NCBI GenBank assembly: GCA_002269645.1
Contig: NIVC01001572.1
Coordinates: forward strand, 45,052 to 86,520
DNA from: Macrostomum lignano
Lineage: Eukaryota
Reading direction: 5' to 3'
Length of the DNA stretch: 41,469 nucleotides
Numbering within the stretch: position 1 is the stretch's first letter; every line of letters starts with the position of its first letter. Below, piece after piece: positions 10,877 to 21,345 of the stretch. The position numbers and the translations under genes were made by a program. The notes under the pieces are model-generated. The model saw only the letters and a program-made list of their open reading frames with translations, did not search any database and was not told the origin of the DNA.

Positions 10877-13340
10877 TGCTATCTCACTCTGTATCTCGCT
10901 CTGTATCTCACTCTGTATGTCTCTACCTATCTCACTCTCTATCTCACTCTCTATCTTACTCTCTTTCTCACTCTCTTTCTCACTCTCTATCTCACTCTCT
11001 ATCTCACTCTCTATCTTACTCTCTATCTCACTCTCTATCTCACTCTCTATCTCACTCTCTATCTTTCTCTGTATCTCACTCTGTATCTCACTCTCTATCT
11101 CACTCTCTATCTTACTCTCTATCTCACTCTCTTTCTCACTCTCTTTCTCACTCTCTTTCTCACTCTCCATCTCACTCTCTATCTCACTCTCTATCTTACT
11201 CTCTTTCTCACTCTCTATCTCACTCTCTTTCTCACTCTCCACTTCACTAGCTATCTTACTCTGTATCTCACTCTGTATCTCACTCTCTATCTCACTCTCC
11301 ATATCACTCTCTTTCTCACTCTCTTTCTCACTCTCTTTCTCACTCTCTATCTCACTCTCTATCTCACTCTCTATCTCACTCTCTATCTTACTCTCTTTCT
11401 CACTCTCTATCTCACTCTCTATCTCACTCTCTATCTCACTCTCTATCTTACTCTCTATCTCACTCTCTTTCTCACTCTCTTTCTCACTCTCTTTCTCACT
11501 CTCCATCTCACTCTCTATCTCACTCTCTATCTTACTCTCTTTCTCACTCTCTATCTCACTCTCTTTCTCACTCTCCACTTCACTAGCTATCTTACTCTGT
11601 ATCTCACTCTGTATCTCACTCTCTATCTTAATCTCTTTCTCACTCTCTTTCTCACTCTCTATCTCACTCACTATCTTACTCTCTATCTCACTCTCTATCT
11701 TAATCTCTTTCTCACTCTCTTTCTCACTCTCTATCTCACTCACTATCTCACTCTCTATCTCACTCTCTATCTCACTCTCTATCTTACTCTCTATCTCACT
11801 CTCTTTCTCACTCTCTTTCTCACTCTCTTTCTCACTCTCCATCTCACTCTCTATCTCACTCTCTATCTTACTCTCTTTCTCACTCTCTATCTCACTCTCT
11901 ATCTCACTCTCTATCTCACTCTCTATCTTACTCTCTATCTCACTCTCTATCTCACTCTCTATCTCACTCTCTATCTTAATCTCTTTCTCACTCTCTTTCT
12001 CACTCTCTATCTCACTCTCTATCTTACTCTCTATCTCACTCTCTATCTCACTCTCTATCTCACTCTCTATCTTAATCTCTTTCTCACTCTCTTTCTCACT
12101 CTCTATCTCACTCTCTATCTTACTCTCTATCTCACTCTCTATCTCACTCTCTATCTCACTCTCTATCTCACTCTCTATCTCACTCTCTATCTTACTCTCT
12201 ATCTCACTCTCTTTCTCACTCTCTTTCTCACTCTCTTTCTCACTCTCTATCTCACTCTCTATCTCACTCTCTATCTTACTCTCTTTCTCACTCTCTATCT
12301 CACTCTCTATCTCACTCTCTATCTCACTCTCTATCTTACTCTCTATCTCACTCTCTATCTCACTCTCTATCTCACTCTCTATCTTACTCTCTTTCTCACT
12401 CTCTTTCTCACTCTCTATCTCACTCTCTATCTTACTCTCTATCTCACTCTCTATCTCACTCTCTATCTCACTCTCTATCTTAATCTCTTTCTCACTCTTT
12501 TTCTCACTCTCTATCTCACTCACTATCTTACTCTCTATCTCACTCTCTATCTTAATCTCTTTCTCACTCTCTTTCTCACTTCTATCTCACTCACTATCTT
12601 ACTCTCTATCTCACTCTCTATCTCACTCTCTATCTCACTCTCTATCTTAATCTCTTTCTCACTCTCTATCTCACTCTCTATCTCACTCTCTATCTTACTC
12701 TCTATCTCACTCTCTATCTTAATCTCTTTCTCACTCTCTTTCTCACTCTCTTTCTCACTCTCTTTCTCACTCTCTATCTCACTCTCTATCTCACTCTCTA
12801 TCTTACTCTCTTTCTCACTCTCTATCTCACTCTCTATCTCACTCTCTATCTCACTCTCTATCTCACTCTCTATCTCACTCTCTATCTCACTCTCTATCTC
12901 ACTGTCTATCTTAATCTCTTTCTCACTCTCTTTCTCACTCTCTATCTCACTCTCTATCTTACTCTCTATCTCACTCTCTATCTCACTCTCTATCTTACTC
13001 TCTTTCTCACTCTCTATCTCACTCTCTATCTCACTCTCTATCTCACTCTCTATCTTACTCTCTATCTCACTCTCTATCTCACTCTCTATCTCACTCTCTA
13101 TCTTAATCTCTTTCTCACTCTCTTTCTCACTCTCTATCTCACTCTCCATCTCATTCTCCATCTCACTCTCCATCTCACTCTGTATCTCACTCTCTTTCTC
13201 ACTCTCTTTCTCACTCTCTATCTCACTCTTTTTCTCACTCTCTATATCTCACTCTCCATCTCACTCTCTTTCTCACTCTCTATCTCACTCTCTTTCTCAC
13301 TCTCTTTCTCACTCTCCATATCACTTTATCTCACTCTCTG
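10877..13340. repeat. 12-bp pyrimidine-rich minisatellite (ATCTCACTCTCT)n, ~200 copies
   Basis: Direct reading. The plus strand is almost G-free. An internal 336-bp (28-unit) duplication is marked by ACTTCACTAG at 11241 and 11577. Confidence 0.97.
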
Positions 13341-13519
13341 TCACACGCTATCTCAGTTTATATCTCATTTTCCCACTGGTTCTTCCCTGATCGCCATGAA
13401 CTTCGGCCAGAGCTCAGAACCCGAGCCCTTCATTGAGAGGTCTCGAGAGATGCCGAAGGCGGGCCGGCAGTCACGCAGGCTGTCAACAAAGCCGGGAAAT
13501 CGGCTTGGGGCCGCCCCGC

Positions 13520-13702
13520 CCCCGCAACCCGGCCAGACGTCAGGGACTCTGGGAGGGGGGGGGGGTTACCGGCCACCCCGCCAGCCCTATAAATCCCAGC
13601 TCGGCTGCCGGCTCCCCGGGAACTCAATCTGCAGCTCAAGTCCAGCCTCATTGGAGCCTCATCGGAGTCTATCTTACATCAGATAGCAACAGTTAAGTAA
13701 GC
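13520..13702 (+). promoter_or_regulatory. Putative Pol II promoter and first non-coding exon (GC boxes, TATAAA at 13588, donor AA|GTAAGC at 13697)
   Basis: GC-rich island with CCGCCCC motifs, a TATA box and a consensus donor ~105 nt downstream. Assignment to the nuclear receptor gene is inference. Confidence 0.35.
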
Positions 13703-13904
13703 GTTTCTGGGTCCGTTTAACTGACTACTGACCTGCTGTGGCCGCTCTCAGTAGTAATAATCAAATATGGCAACTAGTCCCAAGTTAACTGAGAAAACTT
13801 CCGACTTAATTAAGTTAATATGAGACTTTAAATAAAATTTATTTTCTTTTAAAATATAAACTTTTCAAAAATAAATTAGAAATCCATTATTTTGATTCCT
13901 TTTG

Positions 13905-14665
13905 ATCCGTGGGATAAATTACCAGTCCATTATTTACATTCGTTATAATCCATGGGATGGATTAGCAATCCATTATTTACATTCGTTATAATCCGTGGTA
14001 TAGATTAGCAATCCATTATTTACATCCTTTATAGTCTATGGGATAGATTATTTACATTCGTTATAATCCGTAGGATAGATTAGCAATCCATTATTACGAA
14101 GTGTATTCCTTATACTCTGTAGAAAAGTTCAGCAATCCTTTAGTCCTTCATACTCATAAATAGGATAGATTAGCAGTCCACACCCAAGGACTACTTAAGT
14201 CCTTGTGCTGAAAAAATGAAAACCTCCTATCTCTGTAGTGTATTTTTCGGCGAAAAGTTGCCTTCAAAACATTTACCACAGATTTCGAGTGTTGCGTCCT
14301 TCTACTTAAGTTGTCCTTGTCTACACCTCCTTCATACTCATAAATAGGCTAGATTAGCAATCCACCAGCTCCTTCATACTCATAAATAGGCTAGATTAGC
14401 AATCCACCAGCTCCTTCATACTCATAAATAGGCTAGATTAGCAATCCACCACCTCCTTCATACTCATAAATAGGCTAGATTAGCAATCCACCACCTCCTT
14501 CATACTCATAAATAGGCTAGATTAGCAATCCACCACCTCCTTCATACTCATAAATAGGCTAGATTAGCAATCCACCACCTCCTTCATACTCATAAATAGG
14601 CTAGATTAGCAATCCACCACCTCCTTCATACTCATAAATAGGCTAGATTAGCAATCCACCAGCTC
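13905..14665. repeat. ~42-bp repeat family: degenerate copies (13905-14185) followed by 8 near-perfect copies (14324-14665) of CTCCTTCATACTCATAAATAGGCTAGATTAGCAATCCACCAC
   Basis: 42-bp period (14411, 14453, ...). Shared core TAGATTAGCAATCCA. Confidence 0.92.
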
Positions 14666-15102
14666 CCGCTAGGTAGCAGAGCTCAAAGCTGCCAGGCGCG
14701 CCAACCAGTCGACCCAGTGCTTTTCGTCCGAAGTCTGACATTTTTACTTTCAGATGCCGGCGCGCACAGCATAGAGAGACAGTGTGTGAGCACACAGTGA
14801 GCACACAGTGAGCACACAGTGAGCACACAGTGAGGCTCATGCGGCCCAGAGCAGCGGGTAAGACTCTGGGCGGCTGCTGAGTCAGTGAGATGCCCGCCCT
14901 CTCAGTTAGCGCGCCTGGATCCGTGAAGAGCCGAGCTGGGCTCAAATCCCGGATTAAGTCCTGTTCCATGGACACCCCTACTAGAGACCTGGACTGGAAA
15001 CAGAGCTCCCTGAGCAGCAACTACTTAGCAACTTGAAAATAACTGAACTCAAAGTTTACACAATCTCGCTGGAGTTTTAGAAAACCAAAACTCTTAAATC
15101 AT

Positions 15103-17415
15103 AAATTAGTAGATTGGCAAAGTGAAGCATCTCAAATTAGTAGATTCGAAGAATGGAGCATCTCAAATTGGTAGATTAATAGAATGGAGCATCTCAAATT
15201 GGTAAATTGGCAGAATGGAGCATCTCAAATTGGTAGATTGGTAGAATGAAGAATCTCAAATTGGTAGATTAATAGAATGGAGCATCTCAAATTGGTAGAT
15301 TGGCAGAATGGAGCATCTCAAATTGGTAGATTGGTAGAATGGAGCATCTCAAATTGGTAGATTGGCAGAATGGAGCATCTCAAATTGGTAGATTAATAGA
15401 ATGAAGCATCTCAAATTGGTAGATTGGCAGAATGGAGCATCTCAAATTGGTAGATTGGCAGAATGGAGCATCTCAAATTGGTAGATTGGTAGAATGGAGC
15501 ATCTCAAATTGGTAGATTGGCAGAATGGAGCATCTCAAATTGGTAGATTGGCAGAATGGAGCATCTCAAATTGGTAGATTGGTAGAATGGAGCATCTCAA
15601 ATTGGTAGATTAATAGAATGGAGCATCTCAAATTGGTAGATTGGCAGAATGGAGCATCTCAAATTGGTAGATTGGTAGAATGGAGCATCTCAAATTGGTA
15701 GATTGGCAGAATGGAGCATCTCAAATTGGTAGATTGGCAGAATGGAGCATCTCAAATTGGTAGATTGGTAGAATGGAGCATCTCAAATTGGTAGATTGGT
15801 AGAATGGAGCATCTCAAATTGGTAGATTGGCAGAATGGAGCATCTCAAATTGGTAGATTGGCAGAATGGAGCATCTCAAATTGGTAGATTGGTAGAATGG
15901 AGCATCTCAAATTGGTAGATTGGTAGAATGGAGCATCTCAAATTGGTAGATTGGCAGAATGGAGCATCTCAAATTGGTAGATTGGCAGAATGGAGCATCT
16001 CAAATTAGTAGATTCGAAGAATGGAGCATCTCAAATTGGTAGATTAATAGAATGGAGCATCTCAAATTGGTAAATTGGCAGAATGGAGCATCTCAAATTG
16101 GTAGATTGGTAGAATGAAGAATCTCAAATTGGTAGATTAATAGAATGGAGCATCTCAAATTGGTAGATTGGCAGAATGGAGCATCTCAAATTGGTAGATT
16201 GGTAGAATGGAGCATCTCAAATTGGTAGATTGGCAGAATGGAGCATCTCAAATTGGTAGATTAATAGAATGAAGCATCTCAAATTGGTAGATTGGCAGAA
16301 TGGAGCATCTCAAATTGGTAGATTGGCAGAATGGAGCATCTCAAATTGGTAGATTGGTAGAATGAAGAATCTCAAATTGGTAGATTGGCAGAATGGAGCA
16401 TCTCAAATTGGTAGATTGGCAGAATGGAGCATCTCAAATTGGTAGATTGGTAGAATGGAGCATCTCAAATTGGTAGATTAATAGAATGGAGCATCTCAAA
16501 TTGGTAGATTGGCAGAATGGAGCATCTCAAATTGGTAGATTGGTAGAATGGAGCATCTCAAATTGGTAGATTGGCAGAATGGAGCATCTCAAATTGGTAG
16601 ATTAATAGAATGAAGCATCTCAAATTGGTAGATTGGCAGAATGGAGCATCTCAAATTGGTAGATTGGCAGAATGGAGCATCTCAAATTGGTAGATTGGTA
16701 GAATGAAGAATCTCAAATTGGTAGATTGGCAGAATGGAGCATCTCAAATTGGTAGATTGGCAGAATGGAGCATCTCAAATTGGTAGATTGGTAGAATGGA
16801 GCATCTCAAATTGGTAGATTAATAGAATGGAGCATCTCAAATTGGTAGATTGGCAGAATGGAGCATCTCAAATTGGTAGATTGGTAGAATGGAGCATCTC
16901 AAATTGGTAGATTGGCAGAATGGAGCATCTCAAATTGGTAGATTAATAGAATGAAGCATCTCAAATTGGTAGATTGGCAGAATGGAGCATCTCAAATTGG
17001 TAGATTGGCAGAATGGAGCATCTCAAATTGGTAGATTGGTAGAATGAAGAATCTCAAATTGGTAGATTGGCAGAATGGAGCATCTCAAATTGGTAGATTG
17101 GCAGAATGAAGCATCTCAAATTGGTAGATTGGTAGAATGAAGAATCTCAAATTGGTAGATTGGTAGAATGGAGCATCTCAAATTGGTAGATTGGTAGAAT
17201 GGAGCATCTCAAATTGGTAGATTGGTAGAATGGAGCATCTCAAATTGGTAGATTGGTAGAATGGAGAATCTCAAATTGGTAGATTGGTAGAATGGAGCAT
17301 CTCAAATTGGTAGATTGGTAGAATGGAGCATCTCAAATTGGTAGATTGGTAGAATGGAGCATCTCAAATTGGTAGATTGGTAGAATGGAGCATCTCAAAT
17401 TGGTAGATTGGCAGA
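15103..17415. repeat. 31-bp minisatellite GAATGGAGCATCTCAAATTGGTAGATTGGCA, ~75 copies, with higher-order repeats
   Basis: TTCGAA variant at 15145 and 16013 (868 = 28x31). TTAATAGAATGAAG variant at 16261, 16602 and 16943 (341 = 11x31). Confidence 0.97.
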
Positions 17416-18377
17416 GTGGCGATATCAAATAACCATGAGAATCAACGAACTCTGACGTCAAATCGAGTAAGTTTTTCACAGATCTGCCAAGCCATGAAAA
17501 TGCAGACTGTTTAAAAGCTCAGCAAGTTTGTGGAGAATCAAAGCGGCCACGGCACGAGAATTCCAAATAAGGAAGCTTGGGGATGCCTCTGGGCGGCATT
17601 CAATAAATTTGCTGCCATGAAATGCCGCACGGGATCTCCATTGAAACCCTGCCGCGGTGATGTCAGCAGATGCCCCCCCGGACACCTCCCGGCCCACGCA
17701 GTCAGTCCTCTCCGGGAAATTTGTCACATTTGCCGGTATTTTCTCGGCGGGGGATTTCGGGAAAAAAACAAATTTAAAGCCTCCATGGGGGATTTCCGAC
17801 TGAAGTTGAGGATCGAGTTTCGCACTCAGTCTGTGGGATCGGATGAGCTCCGCGTGGGCGACTCTCGATGCTGATCCGAGCGCTCAGGTTGCGCCAGGCT
17901 CAAACTTGCAGGAGACCCCGCTGCACTAAAGGCGGCCACCTGTCTGTTTACACAGCCAGTCACAGTGCTTTCTGGGGCTTTTAGTGGGTCCTGAGACCTC
18001 GGCAACTCACTGCTTGTCTGTCCCTCCGTCACGATGGGGTCGCAACTCGGCTTGCCCACTCGTGTGTCAGCTGACAGCAGCTTCCATGCAGCAGCTGCAT
18101 CATCTGGGTCTCTGCCGACCCAAGCCCCATTGTGTGCTCTCACCCCCCCCCCTGCACCCCATTGTGCCACCCTACGCTACTACTGGCTTGTGGCTCAATA
18201 GAGCCCTCCGTCTGGCCCTCAACCTGCCTCGGCCCCTCCACTGAGTCGCCCGCCTCCCCTCCGCCTCCGCTGGCCGAGCTCTCGCGGTCTTTATCAATGT
18301 CAGCGGGCGGGGCGCGTGCCCGGGCCAGCCGCAGATTCCAAGCCCTCACTGACGCCATCCTGTGAAGCATATCTCTG

Positions 18378-21299
18378 ATGCAATCGAAAAATCACCAAGC
18401 AGACGCAGCTAAGCTGACGGCACCGACCAAAGAGATGAGCGAGGAGGAAACTGGCAGCAATGGCGGCGGCGGCGGCAGCAGCAGCAGCAGCAGCAGCGGC
18501 AGCCGCAGCCGCAGCAGCGCCTTCAAGCACATGAAGCTGAAGCTGCACCTCGCAGCCACTGGAGAGGACATGGAGGAGGCAAAGCAGGAGCCCGACGCGA
18601 AAAGCGGAACGGACGACTCCGACAAGGTGCCCACCACCGGCGACGTCAGCGACAACTCCGACGACTCGGAGGTGAGCAACCCGAGCCAGCTGCTCAACCG
18701 GATTCTCAACGAGTTCGGCGTGTCATTCGTGCGCGACAACTCGAGCTGCAAGCTGGCCACCTGCGGCCTGAAGCTCTGCTCCCAGCAGCTGCTGCCGCCG
18801 ATGGACGACAGCGACGACCAGCCGTCGGAGGCGGCTTCGGAAGCGGCTGCAGCGTCAGCGGCTGCCGCGGCCTCAGCGGACGGCGGCAGCGACAACCCGG
18901 ACGGGTCGCTCTACTACACCAAGAAGTTTCATGAGAAATTCGCCAGCGTGAACCGCAAGCGCAAGCTGGAGGCACCGGGACTCCCGCTGAACAACTTCGT
19001 GCGCTTCTACAGCGGCGGGGAGCACGCCGGCGCCATGGAGGAGCTCGGCGACGCCCTGGTCGAGACAATGTCCAGCACCAGCACGCTCAACGATGACACC
19101 GCGAGTCTGAAGGATTCGACTGCGGGCTCCGAGGCGGATGCCTCTTCGATGCCGCTGGCTTCCTCTGCGGGGGCGAAGGCAGCGGCCGCAGCTGCCGCGG
19201 TCGCCTCGGGGGAGCCGTGCGCTGTGTGCGAGGACCGAGCCACCGGCCTGCACTACGGAGTCATGACCTGCGAGGGGTGAGCAGGGTTCGATCTTGAGTG
19301 ATGATGCGTGTTGAGGGTCCCAGAGAGCCGGGACTCCCCACCGCAGAGGGCTCTGTTCCGTAGCAGACAGGTCAGGCAGCTTTCTCAAAGCCGCAACCCC
19401 TCCCCGCAGCTGCAAGGGCTTCTTCAAGCGCACCGTGCAGAACCGCCGAATCTACGAGTGCGGCTTCGGTCAGGGCTGCGACGTGCAGCTGCAGCGCCGG
19501 AACAACTGCCAGTTCTGCCGCTTCAGGAAGTGCCTGGACACCGGCATGGTTGTGGAAGGTACGGAAGAGATAGCTGACGGTGAGACAGCTGACGGTGAGA
19601 TAGCTGACGGTGAGACAGCTGACGGTGAGATAGCTGACGGTGAGACAGCTGACGGTGAGATAGCTGACGGTGAGATAGCTGACGGTGAGACAGCTGACGG
19701 TGAGATAGCTGACGGTGAGACAGCTGACGGTGAGATAGCTGACGGTGAGATAGCTGACGGTGAGATAGCTGACGGTGAGATAGCTGACGGTGAGATAGCT
19801 GACGGTGAGACAGCTGACGGTGAGACAGCTGACGCCCATGAAGGCCAACCTGTAAGGCACAGAGACAGAGACTGTACATGCCTGACGAGGAGAAAGTCAG
19901 AGCTTTGTACACCCTGTGTGAGTTCGAGCCTGCTTGCTCAAGGGTCACCGCCACTCTGAATGGGCCTGACTGATCCTGCATTGATGCACCCGCCGCCTCT
20001 TTCAGCGGTCCGCGAGAACCACATGCCGGGCGGCAGAAACTCGAAGGCTGTCTACGGAAAACTATTTGTAAGTCCATTTGACTGACTCTGACTGGGGTTT
20101 GTCACAGCATGACTGACTCTGACTGGGGTTTGTCACAGCATGACTGACTCTGACTGGGATTTGTCACAGCGTGACTGACTCTGACTGGGATTTGTCACAG
20201 CGTGACTGACTCTGACTGGGATTTGTCACAGCGTGACTGACTCTGACTGGGATTTGTCACAGCGTGACTGACTCTGACTGGGATTTGTCACAGCGTGACT
20301 GACTCTGACTGGGGTTTGTCACAGCGTGACTGACTCTGACTGGGGTTTGTCACAGCATGACTGACTCTGACTGGGATTTGTCACAGCATGACTGACTATG
20401 ACTGGGGTTTGTCACAGCATGACTGACTCTGACTGGGGTTTGTCACAGCATGACTGACTCTGACTGGGGTTTGTCACAGCATGACTGACTCTGACTGGGA
20501 TTTGTCACAGCGTGACTGACTCTGACTGGGATTTGTCACAGCGTGACTGACTCTGACTGGGATTTGTCACAGCAATGACTGACTCAGCTTTGCCGCCTAC
20601 TGCAGACGTCAAGCGCAAAGCAGCCGCGCTCTGAGGCGGGTGGAGACTCGACCAGACAGCAGCAGGCCGGACCTTCGGCGGCAGCCGATGAAGCCGCCGC
20701 GACAACGCAGCAGCCGCAGAGCCAGAAGCCGCAGCAGCAGAAGCCGCCGTCCAGACCGACGGGTCACGCGTCGCGGGGCGGCAAGGCGGGCCGCCAGCAG
20801 CCGTCAGCGGCCGCTTCAAAGAAAGCGGCGGCTGCTGCGGCTGGCTTCTCGTACGGACCGCCGCCGCTGCCGCCGCCGCCGCCACAGCAGCCGCCGCAGC
20901 CGCCGTTCAGCGCTGGGTTGACTCGAGCGCCGCAACCACCGCTGCTGCCACCGCCGAGGGATGGCGCCTTCGGCATGATGGGGCATCTACAGCAGCCGCC
21001 GCGAATGCCGTCAGGCCTGGGCCTGCCCGACCCTGCGTTCTTGGCGGCCGCCACCGCCGGCCACCGCTACTTCCAGACACCGGCGCCCCCGCCGCTGATT
21101 GGCTACTCAGCCGCCTCTGCTTCCATGAGCCCCGGCCCGAGCGGCGCCAGGCTTCAACAGGCGTCGCTGCCGCCTCCGCTGCGCCGACCGCCGCTGCCGC
21201 CGCCACCAGGCGGTGCGGCCTATTATCCTCAAATGCCCGCAGCAGCCTCCGACACAGGCGGCATACCGTACTCCAACTTTGGGCAGCAGTACCAGCAGT

Positions 21300-21345
<46 letters not shown>

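Noticed and set aside
10850-13390. 557-aa SEIE-repeat ORF and 844/594-aa YLTL/SLSI ORFs
   Set aside because: A 12-bp unit is open in several frames by construction. There are frame-breaking indels near 12580 and no splice sites linking it to a gene. Coding use is not fully excluded but is unsupported.
15103-17415. CRISPR-like periodicity (31-, 35- and 40-bp units)
   Set aside because: Head-to-tail repeats without unique spacers, no cas genes, and a eukaryotic spliced-gene context.
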